Of a DNA stretch of 64,000 bases, positions 10,001 through 19,464 are shown piece by piece. This DNA comes from an uncultured delta proteobacterium. GTDB taxonomy: Bacteria; Desulfobacterota; Binatia; UBA9968. The notes under the pieces were generated by a model, which did no database searches, was not told the origin of the DNA, and saw only the letters and a program-made list of their open reading frames with translations. The stretch is taken from contig CAWFJP010000031.1 of NCBI GenBank assembly GCA_963816145.1, positions 384,001 to 448,000 on the forward strand, written 5' to 3'. Every line of letters starts with the position of its first letter. Within the stretch, counting starts at the first letter, position 1. The position numbers were made by a program, and so were the translations under genes.

Positions 10001-11782
10001 CTACTTTATCAATCGAAAGTTTCGCTCTTCTTCGTAAAGATCAAATTGTGTGCGATAGAGCGCGGCAAAGGGCCCGTGGCGGCGCAACAGCTCGGCGAAT
10101 GTGCCTTGCTCAACGATCTCGCCACCGCGCAGGACCACGATCAGATCGGCCTGTCTCACGGTTGAGAGGCGGTGGGCAATGATGAACGTGGTGCGACCGG
10201 AGGTGAGTCGATCGAGTCCCTGCATAATCAGGGCCTCTGTTTGCGCGTCTACCGACGAAGTCGGCTCGTCGAGAATCAGGATAGGCGCGTTCAACAAAAT
10301 GGCGCGGGCGATGGTGATGCGCAACCGTTCACCTTCGGACAAGGTCGCGCCTTGCTCGCCCACGACCGTCATGTAGCCGTCGGGCAACTGTTCGATAGAG
10401 TCATGGATCTGCGCCACACGGGCCGCGGCGACGATTTCGCCCATCGAAGCGTCGGGACGGCCATAGGCGATGTTTTCCCGAATGGTAAAAGGAAAAACCA
10501 ACGGGGGCTGAAGAATCATCGCGATCTGGCGGCGCAGCGATTTTAGTTGGAATTCGCGGATGTCGACTCCGTCGATGGTCACGCGACCGGCCAATGGATC
10601 GTAAAAGCGGGGCAGGAGACTGACCAGCGTCGATTTGCCGGCTCCGGTCGCGCCGACGATGGCAACCTTTTGGCCGCCGCTCACGCATAGGTTTATTTTC
10701 TTCAATACCGGCTGCGCGGCGTTATAACCAAAGAAAACATCCTCGAAAACGATATCTCCAGGGCATGCTGCCGGCGCAAACGTTCGGTTACCCTCGGGAA
10801 CTTGTTGCTCCGATTCCAAAACTTCAAAGGCCCGACCGATGCCAACCCGGGCGCTCTGCACCAGACCGTAGGTCTGAAATATGTTGTTGAGCGGCGTATA
10901 GAGTGATGCAAGGTACGAGGTAAACACGACCATGCCGCCGATGGAGAGCTCACCTGCGAAGACATGGCGGGTACCGACCCATAAAATAGCCGCTGTGCCG
11001 ACCGCCATCGTCACATTGACGACGGCATAATAGTAATTTTGCAGGGTATACAGGCGCAGGTCCGCCGCCAGGCTCTCGGTGCTCGCCTTGGCGAAGCGCC
11101 GTTGTTCTTCCTCTTCTTTGGTGAATGCTTGAATGACCCGCATCCCGGCAAAGCTACGCTGCACGACTGAATAAACCGTGCTTTCCTTTTCGCGAGCTTG
11201 GTTTGCGGCCGTCGACATTTTCCCATCGAGCAGAGCGATGGAGCCGAAAAGCAGCGGGCAAACAACCATCGCCAAAAGGGTTAGACGCCAGTCCACCGAA
11301 AGCATGATGGCAAACATGCCCGCCAACAAGATAAGCGCCGATACCACCGTGAAAATGCCGTTCATAGTCAGCGTCTGAAGACCCATCGTATCGGTGGTGA
11401 CCCTATACATCAGATCGCCGATTTGCTGACGATTGTGAAACGCCAGGGAGAGGCGTTGGATGTGACTATAAAGATCGCGCCGTAGATCGTTGACCATTCT
11501 CTGGCCGATTTGAATGGTCGTGCGGTCGTTGAGAATCCGCAACGCCCCGGAGACCAGGTAGATAACTATCAACCCCCCGCAGGCAACCCATAGGAAAGTT
11601 TCAGTCGACCAGGTGTTCGTGAATTCCCATGGCGCGGGTTTTTCGTTCAAAACGTTGTCGATGATGATCTTCAGCGGCCACGGCTTGAGCAGCTCGAAAG
11701 CATTGATAAAAAGCACCTGCGCGAGGGCGAAGACAAACGCCGAACGATAGGGCTTTAGATAAGAACGAACCGTGCGCTTCAT
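10001..11782 (-). CDS. MsbA-like ABC exporter (TMD plus ATPase)
   Basis: N-terminal TM helices, Walker A GATGAGKST, signature variant LSEGE, Walker B ILILDE, IAHRLST. Confidence 0.95.
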   Translation of the reverse strand: MKRTVRSYLKPYRSAFVFALAQVLFINAFELLKPWPLKIIIDNVLNEKPAPWEFTNTWSTETFLWVACGGLIVIYLVSGALRILNDRTTIQIGQRMVNDLRRDLYSHIQRLSLAFHNRQQIGDLMYRVTTDTMGLQTLTMNGIFTVVSALILLAGMFAIMLSVDWRLTLLAMVVCPLLFGSIALLDGKMSTAANQAREKESTVYSVVQRSFAGMRVIQAFTKEEEEQRRFAKASTESLAADLRLYTLQNYYYAVVNVTMAVGTAAILWVGTRHVFAGELSIGGMVVFTSYLASLYTPLNNIFQTYGLVQSARVGIGRAFEVLESEQQVPEGNRTFAPAACPGDIVFEDVFFGYNAAQPVLKKINLCVSGGQKVAIVGATGAGKSTLVSLLPRFYDPLAGRVTIDGVDIREFQLKSLRRQIAMILQPPLVFPFTIRENIAYGRPDASMGEIVAAARVAQIHDSIEQLPDGYMTVVGEQGATLSEGERLRITIARAILLNAPILILDEPTSSVDAQTEALIMQGLDRLTSGRTTFIIAHRLSTVRQADLIVVLRGGEIVEQGTFAELLRRHGPFAALYRTQFDLYEEERNFRLIK

Positions 11783-11795
11783 GGACCGGATGTTC

Positions 11796-14531
11796 TCACG
11801 CAGCGCTCTGCGATTTTTTCTCTACCGCCACGAATTCCAACTTGTGCGCAAGCGCTTCTAAAACATGATAGAGCAGGTGGCCCAAGCGGAACTTCTGGTA
11901 GAGGATCGCGCTGCCGTGCGCCCAGCCGATAAATGCGGCAACCGCGGCTACTGCGGGCACGCCCAGAAAAGCAGCGAGTACCGCCACCGCGAAGTATGAC
12001 CATAGACAGGTGACCGAGAGCCTGGACATGCGCAGGGCGCAGCGGACTCGGAGCAGTCGCTTGGGACCGGTGTGATTTTCGGTAGCCGTCTTTAGTTGCG
12101 CCTTGGCCCAAGGTCCCTGGCAAATTTCCAGGTCCCAATCGCTCCAACCCTGGTCCATGGCGATGAGGTATTTGCGCGTCAGAAGAAAGTCCATGACCGA
12201 GTGTAATAGGCTTTCCTTCTCCTGACCGTTTTCGTTCCAATAGGACAAGTAGAACGCGCGCTCGTACCACGAAATTTTGGGTTCCTGCGTGGGCCCGTTC
12301 AAATCGACGGGTTTCACTTCGCGCAACCGACGCGCCCGCCAGCGGTAGCGCTCAAAGGTACGGACGAGAGGTCCAAGATAAATCAAGGACGCTACCAAGA
12401 GAGTCGCCGGAAGGCCGCGGAATTTTAGCGCGATACGCGCTCTGGACGCACTGACTAAGCAACGGCTCAAAGTGAGCATTAAGGGAGCCACGCCAAGCCA
12501 GAACAAGCCGCCGAATGCAAAAGCGCAGACGAGGAGCGCCAGCGAGAGGACATTCCACTCGAGCGTCAGAGGCAAGCACGATATGATCGAAGGCGAAGGC
12601 TGGTAAAGCGTCTGGAACAGCCCTCGCCCGAATACTCCCGAATAGATACGCGGTTGACGACTGAGCAGAAACGAAGAAAGATCGCCGTAGATACGGCCGA
12701 ACCAACGCGACTGTCCCAGGACGTTAAAGCGCGAGGGATGTTTAAAGAAAAGCAGGGTTTCGGCTTTGCCATACCCGCGCTGTTGTTTGAGATAGTCTCT
12801 GATAGTGTTGCGGCGAAAATGCCAGACGACCGCGGCCGGGCTAAAGCCGATCTTGAATCCCTTGTTTTGCAGACGCCAACAAAGGTCCACGTCGTCACCG
12901 GCGGCGCGAAAAATCGGATCGAATCCGTCGATGGCTTGCAGCGCCTCCCGGCGAAAAGCCATGTTGCAGCCTGGGATGTGTTCTGCGACCTCATCGTCGA
13001 GCAAGACATGGGTCGGCGCGCCGGGAGACACGGCGACGCAGGACGCGACGAAAGCGTCGTCCGGCGGCGTCAAATTGGGGCCACCTACGGCGCCGAACTC
13101 CGACGATTGAAACCGCGCAACGAGATGAGTGAGCCAATCGGGATCGGCCATACAATCGGCGTCCGTAAACGCAACAATTTCTCCGCTGGAATGCCGAATG
13201 CCGACGTTGCGAGCTTCACTGAGTCCCATGTTCTCTTGGTGAATCAAGCGAATATAGTCATAGTTCTCGGCGATCTGCCGAGTGCCGTCGGTCGATCCGT
13301 CGTTAACGACCACGACTTCGTAATTCGGGTAATTGAGCTTCTCCAAAGATGCGAGACAGGAATCGATGGTGCGCTCGCCGTTGTAGACGCAAACCACAAC
13401 CGAGACTTTTGGATACGCCGCGAGACGCGGCGGCAGGGGCGCGTCATAATAGTCTTTTACTGCCCAAAAGGCAGGCTTCTTGCGGCGCTCGGCGTCGACC
13501 ACGCCGAAGCTCCAATCCTTGACTTGAAAGCCGCCGTCGCCGGATAACGGGAAGGCATACCAATCGTCGGTCCAAGAAAAGACTACCGTACCGGCGACGC
13601 CGGTTTCGAAGCAGGCGCGCAGTTGCCAACCGAGAGTTTCGGCCTGAAAAACTGTTCCTTGCCGTAAGGAGTCGATGCCGATTTCGGTAAGCACGAGGGG
13701 CCGATCGCCGGCGAGATTATGGAGATGCGACAGATACCGACGAAAGTCTTCTTCGTGATGAAGATAAACGTTGAATGCCAGAAAATCGGCAAATTCGGTT
13801 TCGAGATATTCGGTGGAAGGGAAGTTGGCGTAACTTACAAGGGCATCGGGCTCGACGCTCTTCACGCAATCGACCAGGTTGCCAAGAAACGAACGCATCC
13901 TTTCGCTGCCGTACCAGCGGACAATCTCAGGCGAAATTTCATTGCCGACGAGATATGCAAAGACCGCGGGATGATGTTTGCATGAAGCAACGCTGTGGGC
14001 TACCACATTGCGGATTTCCGCTTGAATTCTACCCGAGTCCAGGAAAGATATGTGCTGGGCCCACGGAATGCCGATGATCACTCTGAGGCCATAGGAAGCC
14101 GCCAGGTCAAGCAGCCATTTGGGCGGCGGCGTGAAGGTACGAAAGCAATTGACGCCGAGCTGCGCCATCAACGCAAAATCACGTTCCGCCGATGCCGGCT
14201 CGGGAAAGGGAACCCCCGGGCGGCTAGGCGCGAAAGGGCCGTACGTGACTCCCTTCAAAAAAAACTTTCTATCGTTTTCAAAGAAGGAGCGACCGCGTAC
14301 AACTAATTTTTCCGGCACAACCTTGCGCTGGTATCGCGCTTCGACGAGCGCTGGCATCGGCAGACGACCGGTCGGTGACGACCGCGGCTCGATAAGAGAT
14401 GGAAAGAGCTGCTGCCTGTGATAATTCGCTTCTTCGAATTCAATTTTGTCGACACTCAAGCGATGAGAGGACATAAAAGCACAACGACTCCAGTCTTGAA
14501 TGCTAGTGGAAGAGCGCAACAATGGTGCCAT
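11796..14531 (-). CDS. Fusion of a clan GH-A (GH2/GH5-like) TIM barrel, a GT2 glycosyltransferase and C-terminal TM helices
   Basis: KGVTYGPF, LVGNEI (acid/base Glu), LTEIG (nucleophile Glu); then VSVVVCVYN, VNDGSTD, FTDAD, GDDVD and QQRGYG. Start codon uncertain. Confidence 0.85.
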   Translation of the reverse strand: MAPLLRSSTSIQDWSRCAFMSSHRLSVDKIEFEEANYHRQQLFPSLIEPRSSPTGRLPMPALVEARYQRKVVPEKLVVRGRSFFENDRKFFLKGVTYGPFAPSRPGVPFPEPASAERDFALMAQLGVNCFRTFTPPPKWLLDLAASYGLRVIIGIPWAQHISFLDSGRIQAEIRNVVAHSVASCKHHPAVFAYLVGNEISPEIVRWYGSERMRSFLGNLVDCVKSVEPDALVSYANFPSTEYLETEFADFLAFNVYLHHEEDFRRYLSHLHNLAGDRPLVLTEIGIDSLRQGTVFQAETLGWQLRACFETGVAGTVVFSWTDDWYAFPLSGDGGFQVKDWSFGVVDAERRKKPAFWAVKDYYDAPLPPRLAAYPKVSVVVCVYNGERTIDSCLASLEKLNYPNYEVVVVNDGSTDGTRQIAENYDYIRLIHQENMGLSEARNVGIRHSSGEIVAFTDADCMADPDWLTHLVARFQSSEFGAVGGPNLTPPDDAFVASCVAVSPGAPTHVLLDDEVAEHIPGCNMAFRREALQAIDGFDPIFRAAGDDVDLCWRLQNKGFKIGFSPAAVVWHFRRNTIRDYLKQQRGYGKAETLLFFKHPSRFNVLGQSRWFGRIYGDLSSFLLSRQPRIYSGVFGRGLFQTLYQPSPSIISCLPLTLEWNVLSLALLVCAFAFGGLFWLGVAPLMLTLSRCLVSASRARIALKFRGLPATLLVASLIYLGPLVRTFERYRWRARRLREVKPVDLNGPTQEPKISWYERAFYLSYWNENGQEKESLLHSVMDFLLTRKYLIAMDQGWSDWDLEICQGPWAKAQLKTATENHTGPKRLLRVRCALRMSRLSVTCLWSYFAVAVLAAFLGVPAVAAVAAFIGWAHGSAILYQKFRLGHLLYHVLEALAHKLEFVAVEKKSQSAA

Positions 14532-14850
14532 CGGAAGCGACGGGTTGTTTTCACTGATTTTTCAACCTTTTGTTTGCGTTGAATCACGTGGGATGCTTTA
14601 GTCCCGTGCAGGGTAAACCCTGCACGGGACGGCGGAAAATTCCTTGCGCGCTCCTTGCGGAAGTTGAAACGTGCGTCTAGCGCCATTTTCATTGTTTGCT
14701 TCAGGGGTTTGCGTGCCGGATATTTCGTCAGCGCTGGAGAGTTGTTCTGAACATGCGGCTGCTTGACTGGACCGTACGAGTTGCGATCGCTGGAGTTGCG
14801 GGCTAGGGCAGTTCTTAGAACCAGGGGCAAAGCAGGAAGAGAGGTGGCGA

Positions 14851-15999
14851 ATGTCCTCCAAGGTAATATCAGATCTTGATTTTCTTCGCGTCGATCAGGT
14901 GGGTAGCCTGCTGCGGCCGCAAAAATTGAAGGACGCCTTCGCCGGTTATGGCGCAGGGAAGCTCGATGAAGCATCCCTGAGGCAAGCGCAGGATAAAGCG
15001 ATTCGCGATGTCGTCGCCAAGCAAGTGGCGCACAATCTGCCGGTGGTCGTCGACGGCGAGTTTCGCCGCACCAGTTTCATGGAGTCCTTTGCGGTGGTGG
15101 CCGGTGTCGAGGAGTGGCAAGCAGGGGCGCGGAGCTACCATGAGATTCTCGCCCGCAAAGATGACGGCAAGGAAGGCACGCATAAGGGGCAGGATCCGAT
15201 CCTGCTCAATCGCAAGCGCGTAACCGCGCCGCTGAAACTGATTCGCAACACTTTAGCAGATGATTTTCGCTTCGCGCAGAGCTTGACCGACCGGCCGGTG
15301 AAAGTAACATTGATCAGCCCGGACCGAATTCAACAATGCTACGATAGCGAAGCTTCGAAAGCGGTCTATCCCTCGACGAATGAGTTTTTGCAGGATGTTG
15401 TCAAAGTCGAGCGGCAGATGCTTAGTGAGTTGACGCAAGCGGGCTGTCGCTATGTCGGCATCGACGGCCCCGGCTACACAGCTTACGTCGACGCGGATTC
15501 CATTGTGGCGATGCGCGCTAGGGGCGAGGAGCCAATGGCGACCATGGAGCGTTCGATCCGCGCCGATAACGAAGTGATCGCAAATTTCCCAGGCGTGACT
15601 TTTGGGATTCACATCTGCCGCGGCAACCGTCAAAGCATGTGGCATCGCGAGGGAAAGTACGATGCCATCGCTGAAAAATTGTTCAGCGGGCTCAAGCACC
15701 AGCGTTTGCTCCTGGAATACGACACCGAACGCGCCGGCGGTTTCGAGCCGCTGCGCTTTGTCCCGAAGGGAAAGATTGCCGTGTTGGGCTTGATTACCAC
15801 CAAGGTGGGCAGAGTCGAGACGTTGGATGAATTGCGCCGCCGGATCGATGACGCGGCGCGCTACTTGCCGCTGGAGCAGTTGGCGCTGAGCCCGCAGTGC
15901 GGTTTCGCGTCGAGCATCCGCGGCAATCTGTTGACCGAAGACGAGCAGTTTCGCAAGGTCGACGTCATGCTCGAAACCGCGCGGCGGGTTTGGGGTTGA
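14851..15999 (+). CDS. Cobalamin-independent methionine synthase II family protein (catalytic domain only)
   Basis: VGSLLRP, DGEFRR, HICRGN (Zn ligands), LLEYD and LSPQCGFAS; SD GAGG. Confidence 0.9.
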   Translation: MSSKVISDLDFLRVDQVGSLLRPQKLKDAFAGYGAGKLDEASLRQAQDKAIRDVVAKQVAHNLPVVVDGEFRRTSFMESFAVVAGVEEWQAGARSYHEILARKDDGKEGTHKGQDPILLNRKRVTAPLKLIRNTLADDFRFAQSLTDRPVKVTLISPDRIQQCYDSEASKAVYPSTNEFLQDVVKVERQMLSELTQAGCRYVGIDGPGYTAYVDADSIVAMRARGEEPMATMERSIRADNEVIANFPGVTFGIHICRGNRQSMWHREGKYDAIAEKLFSGLKHQRLLLEYDTERAGGFEPLRFVPKGKIAVLGLITTKVGRVETLDELRRRIDDAARYLPLEQLALSPQCGFASSIRGNLLTEDEQFRKVDVMLETARRVWG

Positions 16000-16119
16000 A
16001 TGATTCCGTTCAAGAGTTCAAAGGTTCAAGCTTCAAAGTTGAGATTCACTCTCGGTAGGGATTCCACTTCGCATTCCTTGCATTGATCGACGCGCTCTTG
16101 CTAACCTCTGCGGAACGTC

Positions 16120-16977
16120 ATGCGCGCGAGCGATATCTTTCGGCTGGTGCTGCTCGCGGCGATCTGGGGCGGATCGTTTGTGTTTCTGCGCGTCGTGGCA
16201 CCCGCGTTGGGGCCGATCGTCACTGCCGATCTCCGCGTGCTGATTGCTTGGGGTGCGCTGGCGATTTATTCCCGGGCTGTCGGTCTCAATGTCGGCTGGC
16301 GACGATTTTGGCGGCATTATCTTGTCATCGGCGCATTCAACGCCGCGCTGCCGTTTTTTCTCTTCGCTTTTGCGGCACTGCATATCCCGGCTTCTTACTC
16401 GGCGATTCTTAACGCGACCTCGCCATTTTTCGGCGCGCTTTTCGCCGGGCTTTGGCTCGGTGAGAAGATTACGGTGTTGAAGGGCTTGGGGTTTGTTTTC
16501 GGCATCGCCGGAGTCGGTCTTGTCACCGGCGTCGGGGTCGGCGCACTGGGTAGTTCATCCACGTGGGCGATGGCCGCTTGTCTGTTGGCGTCAGTGAGCT
16601 ATGGATTCGTCAGTGTTTATACGAAGAGATTTGCCGCAGCGGCGAATCCTCGTGCAATTGCCGGCGGCAGCCAGTTGATGGCGGGTTTAATGTTGTTGCC
16701 GTTCACGCCGCTGGCTGCACCACCGGGGCCGGTGACGCTTTTGATCGCGGTAAATATGATCTTGTTTGCGCTATTGAGCAGCGGCGTGGCGTTCTTGCTG
16801 TATTATCGATTGATCGCGGATATCGGTCCGACGAAAGCTCTGACGGTCACCTTTTTGATGCCCGCGTTTACAATGATCTGGGCGGCACTGTTTCTTGGCG
16901 AAACGATTACTACTGTGATGATCGTCGGGGGTGCGTTGATTCTCGCCGGTACGGCGCTGGTGGTGATAAGGAGATAG
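16120..16977 (+). CDS. DMT/EamA family transporter
   Basis: LLAAIWGGSF start, about 10 hydrophobic helices, two EamA repeats. Confidence 0.92.
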   Translation: MRASDIFRLVLLAAIWGGSFVFLRVVAPALGPIVTADLRVLIAWGALAIYSRAVGLNVGWRRFWRHYLVIGAFNAALPFFLFAFAALHIPASYSAILNATSPFFGALFAGLWLGEKITVLKGLGFVFGIAGVGLVTGVGVGALGSSSTWAMAACLLASVSYGFVSVYTKRFAAAANPRAIAGGSQLMAGLMLLPFTPLAAPPGPVTLLIAVNMILFALLSSGVAFLLYYRLIADIGPTKALTVTFLMPAFTMIWAALFLGETITTVMIVGGALILAGTALVVIRR

Positions 16978-17044
16978 AGATTGAGACAGTGAGCCACCCG
17001 GTGGGATGGTTCTCTGTCTCAGATCTGGTTGCTGATTTTTGCTC

Positions 17045-17534
17045 CTACCGGGTCATGAGGGGGCCACGGTCGTCCGGTTCGCGCATCGACCAAACGTTGC
17101 GCTGGCGCGCACAGAAACGGCGGGCGGCGTCGACCTGGGCGTGCGACCCGTCTAGGTCGACCTGAACGTTGAAACAGTGTTCGCGGCCAGTGTAGCGGAA
17201 ATTTTCAACTACAGGAATTTCGAGCTCGTTAAGGCCCGGGCGCATTCTGTAATTGCGCGCATGGCCGACGATGTTATTGCCTTCGCGGACCATCACGTCG
17301 GTTTCACAATCGCGCTGGCCGGCGAAATTGACGCGCACCCTCCACGAGCGAATCCGCTGGCCTTCGGTGACTGGATCAGGTGACATATCCAAGTCTTGTA
17401 TGTTCAATCGGTCGCCGCGCTGACAACCACGGCCCTGTCCCCGGGCCCAATCGGCCGCCATGCCATCAGGGGTAAAATTGATCATCAGGCTGCTTAGCAA
17501 GCCAGTTAGAAATGCCGCTTTGATCCACGACTAT
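17045..17534 (-). CDS. Hypothetical secreted protein; start codon apparently disrupted by one extra base
   Basis: The ORF track gives 17045-17500. Upstream reads GAGGAGG-ATAAA-AT(A)G-TCG-TGG-ATC. Removing one A gives MSWIKAAFLTGLLSSLMINF, a signal-peptide-like start in the same frame. Confidence 0.55.
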
Positions 17535-17618
17535 TTTATCCTCCTCGATTGTTGGCCTGTTCGTTAGACGTAACAAAGTAAAAAAGTAATACAGCCAAGT
17601 CCCAGTCCAGCGTTGCCG

Positions 17619-18344
17619 CTAGGGCGCCAAACTTTCCATCAAGCGGCCAAATCCTTTCACTTTTTCCTTAATGTCGATCAATTTCATGGCGTACCAGCTG
17701 CACGCCAAGCTGCTGGTGATGACCGGTTTGCCGATTTCATCTTCGAGGACTTGGACATCGGTGATGGTCGGCCAGCGCGGACAGGCGATAAAAACGCCGT
17801 CGGCATCGCGGCCTTTAGCGTAAAGCCGCTTGGCGATCTTGTACGACGCGTGCACCGGCAGGTCGGTGAGCTGAGCGTTCTTGCGCACGCCGTAACCGGC
17901 GATCTGCAAAACCTCGAAGCCGCATTGTTCAAGATGGCGCTTGAGCCGTTGATTGATCTCATCTTCATAGGGGGTACCGACAACGAGCTTCTCGCATTTC
18001 ATGGCTTTGAGCGCTTCGACTTCGGCGGTCAAGCCGGCGGCTACTGGAACGCCGAACTTGTCGGAGAGCTTCTTGCTCAATTCCCGATCGGCGCCGAACG
18101 GCAATCGGGTGAATAGCGGCGAGCCGCTGAAGATGATCGAGTCGCAGTTGTTGTCGACCAGGTCCTGCACCGCTTCTTCGATGCGGCTCAATTGCACCTC
18201 GAAGTCGCTGTCGACCAGTTGGCGCACGGTGCCCGTGGTGTTGAGCATCATGAAGCCTTCGGGAAACATTTTGTAAAATTCGTAGACCAGAGTGTCGCCG
18301 CGCGATGGGGCGACGTGACCGATGCGAGCGCGCCAGCCGTACAT
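17619..18344 (-). CDS. Asp/Glu racemase superfamily protein, arylmalonate decarboxylase/maleate isomerase-like
   Basis: YGWRARIG, GTPY..EIN, FIACPRWPT, IGKPVITS; SD GGAGG. Confidence 0.85.
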   Translation of the reverse strand: MYGWRARIGHVAPSRGDTLVYEFYKMFPEGFMMLNTTGTVRQLVDSDFEVQLSRIEEAVQDLVDNNCDSIIFSGSPLFTRLPFGADRELSKKLSDKFGVPVAAGLTAEVEALKAMKCEKLVVGTPYEDEINQRLKRHLEQCGFEVLQIAGYGVRKNAQLTDLPVHASYKIAKRLYAKGRDADGVFIACPRWPTITDVQVLEDEIGKPVITSSLACSWYAMKLIDIKEKVKGFGRLMESLAP

Positions 18345-18443
18345 ATCTTACCTCCTGCGGAGTTGTCCAAGGTTCAAGGGTTCAACGTCAGATTCGTATT
18401 GCTCGGTTCCAGTGGTTCCAGATGTTCCAATCGTTCCATAAGT

Positions 18444-19331
18444 CTATGCAGGCCAGCCGTAGAGTCTTGCCGGATTGTCAGCCAGAATGGCGTTGCGGGT
18501 TCTTTCCTCCGGGACGGTGGCAAGGAGGAAATCGAGCAGATCGCCGTCGTCGGGCATCGGCACACGCACGCCGCCGTGAGGCCAATTGCTGCCCCAGACT
18601 ATATTGTCCGCGCGGTTGCCGACGATGGTGTGAACGACATCGACCATGTCACGATAGTCCGGCGGGCCGGCTTCTGACAACTGGTAGAAGCTGTAGAGAT
18701 TGATCCAGGCTTGCTGTTCGTTTTTGAGGATTTTCAGCAGCTCGGCAAATTCTTGATCTCCGCCGGTCATGTGCGGCTCGGCGTGGGCGACATGGTCGAA
18801 CATGTAAGGGACCTTGAGTGAATTCAGGAACGGCACGGCGCCGATCACTTCCTCAAGAGACTGCGACATGAACTCGACATGCCAGCCAAATCCTTCGGTG
18901 CGAGCGGCCATGCGCTTGCTGTCGTCGAAGGAGAGGCCGCCGCGGCCGTTGGTTTTGATGCGGAATCCGCTGAAGCCACCCTCTCTTAATTCGACAAGTT
19001 CTGAGTCGGTGATCGACGGGTCGAGTAGGGCCAAACCTTTGAAGCTGCCGTTCATGCGTCTCAGTGCGTCGAGGGTGATGGAATTGTTTGTCCCGTTGCC
19101 GCTGCCGGTGACGATGACGGCGCGCTCTAAGCCGAGGGTGCGATGAGTCTTCAAATAATCGTCCAATGTTGAGTGTGGATCGGGATCGTAGCCGCGCTCG
19201 GCCACCAGCGGATAGCGATCGAACGGACCGTAGACGTGCAGATGGGCGTCACAGGCGCTTGGCGGCATTTTGAAGCGCGGTGCGTGGGGATTTGGATTGG
19301 GCGGTTTTACCGGTCGCATGATAGCTGGCAA
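18444..19331 (-). CDS. Amidohydrolase family protein (LigI/2-pyrone-4,6-dicarboxylate lactonase-like)
   Basis: ACDAHLHVYGP..RYP, GWHVE, FDH and VWGSNWPH. Start may be the ATG at 19319. Confidence 0.85.
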   Translation of the reverse strand: MPAIMRPVKPPNPNPHAPRFKMPPSACDAHLHVYGPFDRYPLVAERGYDPDPHSTLDDYLKTHRTLGLERAVIVTGSGNGTNNSITLDALRRMNGSFKGLALLDPSITDSELVELREGGFSGFRIKTNGRGGLSFDDSKRMAARTEGFGWHVEFMSQSLEEVIGAVPFLNSLKVPYMFDHVAHAEPHMTGGDQEFAELLKILKNEQQAWINLYSFYQLSEAGPPDYRDMVDVVHTIVGNRADNIVWGSNWPHGGVRVPMPDDGDLLDFLLATVPEERTRNAILADNPARLYGWPA

Positions 19332-19387
19332 TGTAATGCAAAAGCGGCATAAATATCCAGCTCATTTCAGCTTATCGCCGAATTGGC

Positions 19388-19416
19388 TTGACGGCGCGGG
19401 GTGTTTTGCTTAGCGT
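19388..19416 (+). promoter_or_regulatory. Putative sigma70 promoter
   Basis: TTGACG-N17-TAGCGT about 50 bp upstream of the 19465 start. Confidence 0.45.
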
Positions 19417-19464
19417 ACGGTTTGATCAATCACCAACCAATCTTATACTTGGCGGAGGTAAGTT

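Noticed and set aside
14640-14850. SAM or cobalamin riboswitch upstream of the methionine synthase-like gene
   Set aside because: I could not find the conserved cores of the SAM-I, SAM-II or cobalamin riboswitches by eye; an Rfam scan would settle it.
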